A stretch of DNA of 64,000 bases from Chloroflexota bacterium (GCA_965221905.1 OZ244922.1:3072001-3136000); one strand, 5' to 3'; positions 19,481 to 29,173 are shown, counted from the first letter of the stretch. The notes: generated from the letters alone by a model not told the origin. Translations and numbers: made by a program.

Positions 19481-19514
19481 AAGATGGATTCCCGCTTTCG
19501 CGGGAATGACGGAT
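19481..19514 (-). repeat. GTCATTCC-N-GGAATCCA REP-like hairpin
   Basis: AAGATGGATTCCCGCTTTCGCGGGAATGACGGAT, exact reverse complement of 36088-36121. Confidence 0.85.
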
Positions 19515-19576
19515 TGCTAATCCGCTTCTCTTCATTGCAAGAGTCCTGTCTTACATGCTGCAAGGGTCACTGTCCA

Positions 19577-21379
19577 CTACTCTCCAACCACCGTCGCAGG
19601 CATTGCGGCAGCGTAGCGTTCGTCCCGGTGGGCAAAGATATTGCGGTAGGCCGGACTGCGAGCCATCAATTCCTCGTGCGTACCTTGATCCTCTAAAGCC
19701 CCGCCGCGCAGCACAAGAATGCGGTCGGCCCAGCGAATCTGCGATAGGCGGTGCGTTATTATGAATGTCGTCCGCCCGTGCAGGATGTTGCGCAGAGCGC
19801 GTTGAATCTGGTCTTCAGTCGCGCTATCGATTGCACTGGTCGAATCATCGAGCACCAGAATACGCGGGTCGGCCAGGAACGCGCGCGCAATGGCGATGCG
19901 TTGACGTTGTCCGCCGGAGAGCGTCACGCCGCGTTCACCCACCACCGTGTCGTACCCATCCTTAAAGCTCGTGATAAAGTCATGGGCTTGGGCCTGCTTT
20001 GCTACCGCTTCAATTTCCTCGCGGGTGACCGGTCGGCGCACCCCGAAGGCGATATTTTCCGCCAGCGTGCGCGAAAAGAGGAAGACATCCTGATCGATGG
20101 TGGCAATCTGCGAGCGCAGCGACTCCATCGACCATACGCGCACGTCCACGCCGTCGATCAACACGCGCCCTCCCGAGACCTCGTAGATGCGGTTGATGAG
20201 ACGGGTGAGCGTAGACTTGCCGGAACCGGTCTGTCCCACAATCGCTATCGTCTCACCCGGCTTAGCGCGAAAACTAATGTCCTTGAGTGTATTGGAGTCG
20301 TGGTAGGCAAATGAAACGTTGTCGAACTCCACCTCACCGTCAATCGGCTTCTCAATGCCGGCCCGGTTCTCGTCTATCTCCGTCTCTGCGTTAAGTATGG
20401 CAAGGATGCGTTCCGATCCTGCCGTGCCGAGTTTGACGAGAGAGAACGCAAAAATGGAAACGAATGTTGGAAATCGCAGCATGCCGAGCAAGCCCATGAA
20501 TGTAATAACCTGGGCGATTGACAGAGCGTCATTTGTAAAGAGATAGAGCGCGTGCGCGAGGCCGAGCGCCAACGTAAAGGAAAACATGAGCAGCGGCAGG
20601 TAGAGTGCCTGGATCTTGCCCTGTTTGACGAAGAGATCGCGGTAGTTTTCCGCCTTGACACGAAAACGGCCGTATTCCTGCTTTTCCTGGGCGTTTGACT
20701 TTACCACTTCAATGCCGGCAATCGACTCTGTGAGTGTAGCGTTCATCACGCCAAACTGCGCCCGCAGCCCGCCGGCAACCGGGGTGAGCCGTCGCAAGTA
20801 CCCACGCAAGGCAATGAGAAAGAGAAGGAGGAATAGTATCGGAATGGGCAAGAGTGCTGTATGCACGATTAGGCCGATAGCAACAATGGGAGCCACCATG
20901 TTGACGAGCCACTCCGATAGCAAGAGGAGGCCGGGATTGACCATATAGTTGAGTTGCCGCACGTCGTTGGTAGCACGCGCCATGATGTCGCCAACACGCT
21001 GTCGTCCGTGATAGGTCTGACTTTTGCCCAGCAAGTTTACGTAGAGTTCGTCGCGTACATCCCGTTCGATACGCAGCGCAACTATCTCAGCCGTATAGTT
21101 CGCGAAGAGCTGCATTACGCCTCTGAGCAGACTGATGCCGACAATAGCCAGGGCGAAGCCAAGCAGCTCGCTGACCTGGGCATCTGCCTGCGCGACGGCA
21201 CCGAAGGCATTCCCCATTAAGATCGGCACCTGCACTGCGGCGACCACGACTCCCGCGCGTAAGACGGTACCTACCACCACGTGCACCGGGTAACGCTTGG
21301 CATGACTGACGAGCCAACGCAGAACGGAAGAGCGATCATACGTATGTTCGGTATCAGGCGTAAACTCGCGATTCTTCAC
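19577..21379 (-). CDS. Heterodimeric ABC exporter subunit (TMD+NBD, degenerate Walker B)
   Basis: GQTGSGKS, LSGGQRQRIAIARA, LVLDDSTSAID (D replaces catalytic E as in TM287-type heterodimers). Confidence 0.92.
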   Translation of the reverse strand: MKNREFTPDTEHTYDRSSVLRWLVSHAKRYPVHVVVGTVLRAGVVVAAVQVPILMGNAFGAVAQADAQVSELLGFALAIVGISLLRGVMQLFANYTAEIVALRIERDVRDELYVNLLGKSQTYHGRQRVGDIMARATNDVRQLNYMVNPGLLLLSEWLVNMVAPIVAIGLIVHTALLPIPILFLLLFLIALRGYLRRLTPVAGGLRAQFGVMNATLTESIAGIEVVKSNAQEKQEYGRFRVKAENYRDLFVKQGKIQALYLPLLMFSFTLALGLAHALYLFTNDALSIAQVITFMGLLGMLRFPTFVSIFAFSLVKLGTAGSERILAILNAETEIDENRAGIEKPIDGEVEFDNVSFAYHDSNTLKDISFRAKPGETIAIVGQTGSGKSTLTRLINRIYEVSGGRVLIDGVDVRVWSMESLRSQIATIDQDVFLFSRTLAENIAFGVRRPVTREEIEAVAKQAQAHDFITSFKDGYDTVVGERGVTLSGGQRQRIAIARAFLADPRILVLDDSTSAIDSATEDQIQRALRNILHGRTTFIITHRLSQIRWADRILVLRGGALEDQGTHEELMARSPAYRNIFAHRDERYAAAMPATVVGE

Positions 21380-21615
21380 CTAAGTCTCCTGGATACCCTA
21401 ATCATTGCCGTCATTTCACTATAGCATCCTGCATTAAATGTGATGGTCTTCAACTGCTGAGCAGTGAGAAGCATCTTGGCAGTACAAGCGTTTTCTCACG
21501 ATCGAGGCACAATGCCGCCGCAAATCGCTTGTTCTATTGCATAGATACTAGGTACATTAGACAGTAAGAAGACAAAAAACATGTTACGTGCAAAATATGG
21601 GGAACGGGGTGAACA

Positions 21616-22191
21616 GTGATAGGATCGGACGTGAGACTCTACTGGCTGCAGTCGTGGCAACTCTTTGTAATTGTAGCCCTCGGCGTCCTCTGCTTGAGCG
21701 GGTGCATCGCGCAGCCGCAAGGTGTGATTATCAACACGAAGCCAACCCCCACACCCACGCCAGTCGTCGGTAACCCCAATGACCCCAAGATTATCGAGGT
21801 CACACTATCGGATAACACAGTGCCGCCTTCCGGTGTCGGCATCATCTGGGTCAATCGGAGTGTGGGCTGGGCGCCGTATGAGAGTCCGGGAGACGGTCGC
21901 TTGCCTCCCGATGAGTACGGCGTGCAGGTTTACATCGACGACGAGCGCATCGGCGTCTTTTGGCCCGACGAGACCGGCGGCATGGGCCCCCGGCCCCTCG
22001 CCATACCCCAGAACGTGTGGGGGTTTGGACTGGGTGAGCACACCTTGAAATTCGTGCAGCAGGGACCTGAGGTCTGGCGGGAGTCGACCCCAGTCATCAT
22101 CGTGGTAACGCAAGAATTCAAGCCCACACCCACTGTTCCTCCCAGCCCCACACCGCTGCCGCCACCGACTCCTTCTCCCCGGCCCGCGTAG
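21616..22191 (+). CDS. Putative lipoprotein with Pro/Thr-rich linkers
   Basis: Hydrophobic signal with LSGC lipobox; PTPTPTP and PTPTVPPSPTPLPPPTP flank a beta-rich domain. Confidence 0.65.
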   Translation: MIGSDVRLYWLQSWQLFVIVALGVLCLSGCIAQPQGVIINTKPTPTPTPVVGNPNDPKIIEVTLSDNTVPPSGVGIIWVNRSVGWAPYESPGDGRLPPDEYGVQVYIDDERIGVFWPDETGGMGPRPLAIPQNVWGFGLGEHTLKFVQQGPEVWRESTPVIIVVTQEFKPTPTVPPSPTPLPPPTPSPRPA

Positions 22192-22194
22192 TCC

Positions 22195-23478
22195 ATGCCA
22201 GTTTCCCATCACGATGGCATCGGCATAGTGCTGCTCGCTGCGGGAGAGTCGCGGCGCATGGCGACTTCGTTAGAGACGGAGATTTCGTCGCAGGCGACCC
22301 CCAAAGCGCTGCTGCCGTGGCTTGGACGACCGCTAATCCAGTACCAGCTTGAGCAGATCACGGCGCTCGGTGCAGCGCAGGGCGCAACACACGTCGTCGT
22401 CGTCACCGGGTTTCATGCCAAGCGCCTCGCGCCCTACATTGAGTCTTTCGCGGGCGTACGCATTGTGGAAAATCCCGACCCCGCGCGAGGCAGAGCTTCT
22501 TCAATCGTGCACGGCGTGAGTGCTCTGCCGGAGACGCTGACGGCCCTTGCTGTAATCAACGTCGACCAGCCCTGTGCCGCACCGATTCTCAAACAACTCG
22601 TGGCGGCGCAGTCTACGGGAGACAAGCTCATCACTATTCCCCGGTATAAGGGGGTGCGAGGTCACCCGCCGCTCTTCTCGGGCAGGCTACGGCGGAAACT
22701 GCTGCAAGTACGTGAGGAGACCCAGGGCTTGAAGGCCGTCACCCGCGCCCACCGGGCCGATACAAAGTATCTGGACGTTGACGACCCCGGTGTCATATTG
22801 AACCTCAATACGCCGACTGACTATCAGCGGGCCCAGCAACAGCACGTCCTGCTTGCCACTACTAACCCGGCCAAGGCCGCGCATCTCGCTTGGCTGCTGG
22901 CGGGCATACCGCTGCGGCGCGTAACGCTGGCAGAGGCGAATCTGCCCCAAGCGTCTGCCCCACCGGAAACTGAATCGACATTGGAAGCGATCGCCGCGAA
23001 CAAGGCGATTGCCTGGTCGCGGGCATTTGGCGGTTTGGCGATCGCATCAGACGGCGGCATTGCTATCCCGGCGTTAGGCGACCGTTGGGAGGAGCGGCTG
23101 ACTGCGCGCTTTGCGGGGAGTCATGCCACCGACGAGCAGCGCGTCCGGGCGCTGCTGGCGCTACTGCAGCCTTATCGGGGGGAAGACCGCCGGGCCTTCT
23201 TTCGCGAGAGTGTGGCGCTCGCTAACAACGGCACGCTGTTGCAGACGTGGAGCGCGCAAAGTACGCCGGGCTCGATCGCCGATTCCTACCACCCCGATCA
23301 GCTAGTCCCAGGATTCTGGCTGCTAACACTGTGGTGCGATCTGAATACCGGCGAGCGCGTCGGCGCGCGTACGCCCGAAGACCCCGCCTATCCGGACGGT
23401 GCTTGGGCGCGCATGAGGCCCTGGGTCCAAGAGTATGTGGCAGCCTACTATGCGCGTTGCCTTACTCCGGCAATGTGA
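22195..23478 (+). CDS. Fusion of MocA/MobA-like nucleotidyltransferase and Ham1/ITPase-like domain
   Basis: N-terminal LLAAGESRRM, PKALLPW, NVDQP, GHPPLF, NLNTPTDY; C-terminal LLATTNPAK, ETESTLEAIAANKA, IASDGGIAIPALG, ARFAG, RRAFF. Confidence 0.75.
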   Translation: MPVSHHDGIGIVLLAAGESRRMATSLETEISSQATPKALLPWLGRPLIQYQLEQITALGAAQGATHVVVVTGFHAKRLAPYIESFAGVRIVENPDPARGRASSIVHGVSALPETLTALAVINVDQPCAAPILKQLVAAQSTGDKLITIPRYKGVRGHPPLFSGRLRRKLLQVREETQGLKAVTRAHRADTKYLDVDDPGVILNLNTPTDYQRAQQQHVLLATTNPAKAAHLAWLLAGIPLRRVTLAEANLPQASAPPETESTLEAIAANKAIAWSRAFGGLAIASDGGIAIPALGDRWEERLTARFAGSHATDEQRVRALLALLQPYRGEDRRAFFRESVALANNGTLLQTWSAQSTPGSIADSYHPDQLVPGFWLLTLWCDLNTGERVGARTPEDPAYPDGAWARMRPWVQEYVAAYYARCLTPAM

Positions 23479-24457
23479 GCACTGCTCCGGACCGATCACT
23501 CCAATCGCCCTTGATGATTACGAGGCCGTCGCGCTCCAAGTCCTGCGCCAGTTCCCACACCCGCGCTGCCGGTAACTCTGCGGCAGTCTGGTCTTGCACG
23601 CAGCTTACCAACACGGCGAATGGCAGCGCGCTGCCCGGCGGCCGCTCCCGCAACGCGGCGATGATGCGCCCGCGATAGTAGCGTCGAGAGCCGCTGAACT
23701 TCCCCTGGCCCTTCGGACGCAGCGAAGGTAAGTCTTGGACTGCTCCTGCCCGTCCCGCTTGGCACCACGTGAGGAGCGGACAATGCGGACAATCCGGCCG
23801 ACGGGAGGTGCAGACCGAAGACCCCAGGTCCATCAACGCCTGATTCCAACGCGCGGATTGCTCACTGGGAACGAGACTGTCGGCCAGTCCCTGAAATTGC
23901 CGTTCCGTCGGCCCCTCGATTCCAAAGACTGCGGCAAGATCGCGTTGGTAGACCCGACCCAGCACCCGCCGCACGTTTGTATCTACCACGGCAACCGGCG
24001 CATTGCTGACAAAGCTTAAAATCGCCCGCGCCGTGTAGGCCCCGATACCGGAAAGGCCGAGCAGCGCCTGCAAAGTCATGGGAAACGTGCCGCCGTGTTC
24101 CTGCACAACCGCCTGCGCCGCGCGGTGGAGATGCACGGCCCGCCGGTTATAGCCAAGTCCGGCCCAAAGGCGGATAACCTCTGCCAACGGCGCTGCTGCC
24201 AGTTGCCAAACTGTGGGAAAGCGGGCAAGGAAGTCTTGGTACTTCGGAATTACGCGCTCTACCTGAGTCTGCTGCAGCATCATCTCGGCAAGAAAAATGC
24301 GATAGGGACTCTTCGTCTTGCGCCACGGCAAGGCCCGCCGGTGCGCGCGGTACCATCCCAGCAGCGCAACCTGAATGCGCTGCACGGTCTCATCAGTCTG
24401 CACGTGCAGCGTACCGTCATCCGCAACCGAGAAATACTCGCTACGCTGTTTTTCCAT
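23462..24457 (-). CDS. mutY: A/G-specific adenine glycosylase (short MutY)
   Basis: RALPWR, AEMMLQQTQV, WAGLGYNRRA, HhH GIGAYTA, VDTNVRRV, Fe-S motif CTSRRPDCPHCPLLTWC. Confidence 0.93.
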   Translation of the reverse strand: MEKQRSEYFSVADDGTLHVQTDETVQRIQVALLGWYRAHRRALPWRKTKSPYRIFLAEMMLQQTQVERVIPKYQDFLARFPTVWQLAAAPLAEVIRLWAGLGYNRRAVHLHRAAQAVVQEHGGTFPMTLQALLGLSGIGAYTARAILSFVSNAPVAVVDTNVRRVLGRVYQRDLAAVFGIEGPTERQFQGLADSLVPSEQSARWNQALMDLGSSVCTSRRPDCPHCPLLTWCQAGRAGAVQDLPSLRPKGQGKFSGSRRYYRGRIIAALRERPPGSALPFAVLVSCVQDQTAAELPAARVWELAQDLERDGLVIIKGDWSDRSGAVLTLPE

Positions 24458-24595
24458 ATTGACGTTGGGTTTGCATGTGCGAGATGAATTGTTCTTTTTA
24501 GTGGGTCGGTCGCAACCATGCCGGATGTGCAGGGCCGCCCCCATTCCTCAAGCGCGCTTGAGGAAAGTCGCAAGCAGCATCGCTTAGGAACGAGT

Positions 24596-25492
24596 ATGCC
24601 ACAGGCGCTCTATGAAGAAGTACACTGCAAGACCGCACTCACGCGAGTGCAGGGCATGGCGTTTGGCTGGAGCCTCAATCCCTATCGGGGGTGCACCCAT
24701 GGCTGCCACTACTGTTTCGCCCGCAGTACGCACTTCTACTACGATCTGAACGCGGACGATGAGTTTTCTTCCATAATCTTTGTCAAGACAAACATCGCCG
24801 ATGTTCTGCGCATGGAGCTCTCGTCGCCACGATGGCAGCGCCCGCGCGTCGTGATCGGTACGGCCACCGACCCTTACCAACCGATTGAGGGTAAGTACCG
24901 GCTGACCCGCGCCGTGCTTGAAGCCTTCCTCGCCTTCCGCACGCCGGTCTCCATCATCACAAAGTCATCTCTTGTAATCCGTGATGTGGATCTCCTGGCC
25001 GAAATAGCGCTACGCCTTGGGTGCACGGTGAATTTCAGCATTACTACCCTTGACCGTTCGCTGTGGAGGCAACTTGAACCCGGCACGGCCCCGCCTCTGC
25101 AGCGGCTTCGTGCCATGCAACGGCTCGCAGCCGCCGGTGTGCATGCCGGCGTGCTGCTTGCCCCTATCATACCGGGCCTAACGGCGACGAAAGACAACCT
25201 CGAAGATGTCGCGCGCGCCGCTGCGGAACACAATGCTTCCTTCCTGGCTGCGAACGTGCTCAACCTGGGCGTCGGCGTCAAGGAACACTTCTTGGAGTAT
25301 CTCAGGAGCGAGTTTCCTTGGCTCCTCGGCACGTATCGCCAGCTCTATCCGGGCCGGTATGCGCCGGAAAGATTCGCAGAGCCGATTTATGATTATGTAA
25401 ACATACTGCAGCAGCGGTACGCCTTGGATAATAGAGAGCCCTCACACTCACCCGAGCCCGAACCGACGCAACTCTCTCTCAACATCATTTAG
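24596..25492 (+). CDS. Radical SAM protein, SplB/Rv2578c-like DNA-repair family
   Basis: SLNPYRGCTHGCHYCFAR, GTATDPYQPIE, ITKS, LEPGT, APIIPGL. Confidence 0.88.
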   Translation: MPQALYEEVHCKTALTRVQGMAFGWSLNPYRGCTHGCHYCFARSTHFYYDLNADDEFSSIIFVKTNIADVLRMELSSPRWQRPRVVIGTATDPYQPIEGKYRLTRAVLEAFLAFRTPVSIITKSSLVIRDVDLLAEIALRLGCTVNFSITTLDRSLWRQLEPGTAPPLQRLRAMQRLAAAGVHAGVLLAPIIPGLTATKDNLEDVARAAAEHNASFLAANVLNLGVGVKEHFLEYLRSEFPWLLGTYRQLYPGRYAPERFAEPIYDYVNILQQRYALDNREPSHSPEPEPTQLSLNII

Positions 25493-25591
25493 TACGCCAG
25501 GCCGGTCAATCTGATTCTCTTCGCGTTGCGCGAGACTATCAGTTCAGAGTTGGACAAGCCTGCTTTGACCGCCACTGGGTGAAGAGTTGTA

Positions 25592-25830
25592 CGGAATTAG
25601 TAGTTCTAAGCTTAGGCTATGCGACATGTGAGATGTAGCGAGCAGCCAACGGAGTGTACCCCTCTTGTCATTTCGAACGGAGCGCAGCGTAGTGTCGAAC
25701 CTTGTTCGCGGAATCTAAAGTGCTGAGCCTATTGGACTGCGCACGGCATGGACCCTAGATTCCTCGCTGCGCTCGGAATGACAGGCACTTCAGCGCAACG
25801 AAGCAGGTAAGCCCAAATCTACTAATTCCG
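25592..25830. mobile_element. MITE-like non-autonomous element, 239 bp
   Basis: Terminal inverted repeats CGGAATTAGTAG / CTACTAATTCCG (12 bp perfect, extending imperfectly to ~23 bp); exact 8-bp flanking duplication GAGTTGTA at 25584-25591 and 25831-25838; no ORF. Confidence 0.8.
25666..25783. repeat. REP doublet inside the MITE
   Basis: TGTCATTTCGAACGGAGCGCAGCG...GGAATCTA and inverted partner TAGATTCCTCGCTGCGCTCGGAATGACA. Confidence 0.7.
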
Positions 25831-25833
25831 GAG

Positions 25834-25862
25834 TTGTATGCATACGACAAGGCTGCTATAAT
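25834..25862 (+). promoter_or_regulatory. sigma70-type promoter of the argF operon
   Basis: TTGTAT (25834-25839), 17-nt spacer, TG-C-TATAAT (25854-25862). Confidence 0.7.
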
Positions 25863-25948
25863 ATGTCTACTAATACTCCTCCCCGCGCATTCTTTACTGA
25901 GTCCCCTAGTCCCGCTTTCCCTCCCGCAGATGAAAGAAGCAACCAGCC

Positions 25949-26911
25949 TTGAAGGGTCGAGACCTCCTTACGCTTGCTGACCTCTCCGCGTCTGAAGTCC
26001 ACCAAATACTTGAAACCGCTAAGACTCTGAAGTCTGCCGGAAGCGAGCTATCGGATTCTACCGGCAGGGCCGACTATAGTCCGCTGGCGGGGTATACGCT
26101 CGCCATGATCTTCGAGAAGCCTTCCCTGCGCACCCGTGCCACTTTTGCCATCGGCATGCAGCAATTGGGCGGTCAGGTGGTGGACCTGGCGGCGGAGCAC
26201 TTGCAGATGGGAGTGCGTGAAACGGTCCCGGACGTTGCCCGGAATTTGGAACGCTGGGTAGACGTCATCATGGCGCGGGTATTCGCGCATTCCACCCTGG
26301 AAAACCTGGCAGAGCACGCCGGCATTCCCATAATCAACGGTCTTTCCGATTACAGCCATCCGTGCCAGATCTTGGCCGATCTCCTTACCATGCAGGAACA
26401 CAAAGGAGACCTTGCCACACGCAAGATCGCCTACGTCGGCGATGGGTACAATGTAGCCAACTCCCTCCTCTTTGCCGCCGGCAAACTTGGCTACCACCTC
26501 GCCGTAGGCTCTCCGAAAGGGTATCTGCCGCCTGACGACGTCAGCGAGCGCGCGCGCAACCTGGCTGTAGAATCAGGCGCCACGCTTGAGCTTTGCACGG
26601 ATCCGATAGCTACCGTTCAAGACGCAGATGTTATCTATACAGACTCCTGGATTAGCATGGGCCTAGAGGCAGAAGCAGCCGACCGCGAACGAGTATTCCC
26701 ACCGTACCAGATAAATGCAGATCTCTTGCGTCATGCGCGACCCGATGCAATCGTTATGCACTGCCTTCCTGCGCACCGCGGCATGGAAATCACCGACGAG
26801 GTGATGGACGGCCCGCAGTCGGTCGTATTCGATCAAGCCGAGAATCGCCTCCACGCCCAAAAGGCCGTGTTACTGGAACTGCTGGTTGGTGGGAGCCTCC
26901 AATCTCACTAG
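25949..26911 (+). CDS. argF: Ornithine carbamoyltransferase
   Basis: FEKPSLRTR, INGLSDYSHPCQILAD, YTDSWISMG, MHCLPAHRG, DQAENRLH. Confidence 0.96.
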   Translation: MKGRDLLTLADLSASEVHQILETAKTLKSAGSELSDSTGRADYSPLAGYTLAMIFEKPSLRTRATFAIGMQQLGGQVVDLAAEHLQMGVRETVPDVARNLERWVDVIMARVFAHSTLENLAEHAGIPIINGLSDYSHPCQILADLLTMQEHKGDLATRKIAYVGDGYNVANSLLFAAGKLGYHLAVGSPKGYLPPDDVSERARNLAVESGATLELCTDPIATVQDADVIYTDSWISMGLEAEAADRERVFPPYQINADLLRHARPDAIVMHCLPAHRGMEITDEVMDGPQSVVFDQAENRLHAQKAVLLELLVGGSLQSH

Positions 26912-26999
26912 CGAGAGTTTCCTCCTGCGGCCTCGGCCAGCCATCACCACAGCGCGAACAGGGATCCGACACATAGACACGTTGTCTTAGAGGTGACGC

Positions 27000-27857
27000 G
27001 TGGTAAACGACCTCCGTTGGCTCCTTTCCCAGATAGACTTTAGTGCGGCGTTCGATATTCTTCTCGTCGCCAGCATCATTCACATCATCTTCACCATCGT
27101 GCGTGGGACTCTTGCGGACCAATTGGTGCGCGGGATTGCCGTTCTGCTCGTCTTCGCGTTCATCATTGGCAACACATTGCAGCTCCTGGTCTTCGATTGG
27201 TTGCTGCGAAGCGTCTTGTCCGCGCTGGTAATCGCTATTCCCATCATCTTTCAGCCGGAGCTCCGGCGCTTCCTGGAGCAGGTCGGCCGCCAAGGCACCC
27301 ACCCGCTTGCCCGCTATATACCCATAAGTGAAGGCGTCTCACGCGCCCTCGAAGTGGTCGCCCACGCTGCCGGCCGTCTCTCGCAGAATCGCTGGGGCGG
27401 CCTCATTGTAATCGAGCGCGAAACCGGCTTGGAAGACTTCGTTGAAACAGGCCACCGCATCGACGGTCAAGTGAGCGAAGACTTGCTGCTGACCATCTTC
27501 TATCCAAACTCCCCGCTGCATGACAAGGCCGTAATCATACGCGGGGGACGCATCATCGCCGCTTCCTGCATGCTGCCGCTATCTGAAAACGTGCCCCAAG
27601 GTGAAGGCCTTGGCACTCGCCACGCGGCAGCCGTGGGCGTGAGCGAAGTTACCGACGCCATCTGCATCGCGGTCTCAGAGGAAAGCGGCATCATCTCGGT
27701 TGCGCGGGGCGGAACGCTTCTGCGGCACTTGGACGAGGGAAAGTTACACACGTATCTCCAAAGCCTTTTTCGCGAAGAACGTGGATCGAGCATGCTGCCT
27801 TGGTTGACGTTCCCCACCCTTTCACGTAGCCGCCGCCGGCGCAAAGTCTTGAAATAA
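27000..27857 (+). CDS. cdaA: Diadenylate cyclase CdaA/DacA
   Basis: Three TM helices, IIFQPELRR, IFYPNSPLHDKA, GTRHAAA, VSEESG. Confidence 0.9.
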   Translation: MVNDLRWLLSQIDFSAAFDILLVASIIHIIFTIVRGTLADQLVRGIAVLLVFAFIIGNTLQLLVFDWLLRSVLSALVIAIPIIFQPELRRFLEQVGRQGTHPLARYIPISEGVSRALEVVAHAAGRLSQNRWGGLIVIERETGLEDFVETGHRIDGQVSEDLLLTIFYPNSPLHDKAVIIRGGRIIAASCMLPLSENVPQGEGLGTRHAAAVGVSEVTDAICIAVSEESGIISVARGGTLLRHLDEGKLHTYLQSLFREERGSSMLPWLTFPTLSRSRRRRKVLK

Positions 27858-27865
27858 TCTTCCGT

Positions 27866-29173
27866 ATGAATAGAATTCGCTCGCTCATTCCCCTCCTCGG
27901 GCACTTCATTACCCATACGCTGGGTGTGCGTTTTCTCTTTGCCTTGGCGATTTCCGTCATCTTGTGGGTTATATTCACTGCGGAAGAAAACCCCGTACGC
28001 GAGGACTTCTTTGGCGCGGAGATCCCGGTTGAAACGAGCCGACTTGGCGACGGCTTGGTAGTTAGCCGCACGTCGCCGAGCACGGTACGCTTGCGGATTG
28101 CGGCACCGCGGGATACGTGGGACTCACTTAGCACCGACAACTTTCGCGTGGTAGTGGACCTCTTTGCAGTGGGCGTCGGCTTGCATGAACTTCCCATTAC
28201 CGCCATAAGATCAGACTCCAGCGTTCGCATCCTCGCTACGGACCCGGAATCCGTGACCGTAGCACTGGAAGAGCGCAAGGAAAAGGAGGTGCCGGTGCGC
28301 GTAAACCTGGCAGGGTCCCCACCGCAAGGCTATGAATATCAACCGCCCAAGTTCCTGCCGGACATCGTGACAGTGATAGGTCCCGCCTCCAAAGTGGAAC
28401 TCGTCGATGCGGCCTGGATCGACGTGGAAGTGGATGATGCTCGGAGTACCATGAATCTCACGCAAAGGGCAGTCCCCCGCGACGCCCAGGGTCAAGACGT
28501 AAGCGGCGTTCAGCTCGATCCCGCCGTCGTTCAGGTTACGGTGCCGGTAGAACAAGAGATTTCCTACAAGGACGTGCCCGTTCGCGTAAGCATCGAGGGC
28601 CAGCCCGCAGCGGGCTATTGGATCGCGCGGTACCTTGCTTCACCTCCCTCGGCAACACTCGTCGGCTCGCCCGAGGAACTCAAAGGGATGGAATTTGTAT
28701 TCACCGAAACTGTCCCCGTAGATGGAGCCACGCAGACGTTTACGACGACTGTAGAGCTAGAGAGACCGCCGGACATTGGCATCACCGGCTCCGATCAGGT
28801 TGAAGTCACCGTGGAAGTCCTGCCAATTCAGTCAAGTGCGGAAACTCGGGTCGTTGTAACGTACGTCAACCTGCAACCGGGGATGGAGGCTTTGGTGGAA
28901 CCCACCACGGTTCTTGTCTTGCTCAGCGGCCCGGCGCCGGTGCTGCGAGCTTTACAAGCAGGTAGCGTGATTGTCTCGCTAAACTTGAGCGGGGTGGGCG
29001 CTGGTTCATACGCGTTGACTCCGAATACTAGTGCGCCGCCACAAGTTAAGGTGGAGCGCGTCAATCCACCGCAATTGCAGGTTGTCGTGAGCGTCCGGCC
29101 CACGCCAGAGCCTACGGCAACCCCAACGCCGACAGAAGATACGCTCCCCGCTTCGCCGACACCGCTTCCCTAG
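27866..29173 (+). CDS. cdaR: CdaR/YbbR-repeat regulator of diadenylate cyclase
   Basis: N-terminal TM, repeated beta-rich YbbR-like units (VTVIGPAS, ATLVGSPE, LLSGPAP), directly after cdaA. Confidence 0.85.
   Translation: MNRIRSLIPLLGHFITHTLGVRFLFALAISVILWVIFTAEENPVREDFFGAEIPVETSRLGDGLVVSRTSPSTVRLRIAAPRDTWDSLSTDNFRVVVDLFAVGVGLHELPITAIRSDSSVRILATDPESVTVALEERKEKEVPVRVNLAGSPPQGYEYQPPKFLPDIVTVIGPASKVELVDAAWIDVEVDDARSTMNLTQRAVPRDAQGQDVSGVQLDPAVVQVTVPVEQEISYKDVPVRVSIEGQPAAGYWIARYLASPPSATLVGSPEELKGMEFVFTETVPVDGATQTFTTTVELERPPDIGITGSDQVEVTVEVLPIQSSAETRVVVTYVNLQPGMEALVEPTTVLVLLSGPAPVLRALQAGSVIVSLNLSGVGAGSYALTPNTSAPPQVKVERVNPPQLQVVVSVRPTPEPTATPTPTEDTLPASPTPLP

Noticed and set aside
17593-21379. ABC exporter pair as dedicated exporter of the Cys-rich peptide
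   Set aside because: Opposite strand, no peptidase domain, and the peptide has its own Tat signal; an immunity role cannot be supported from sequence.
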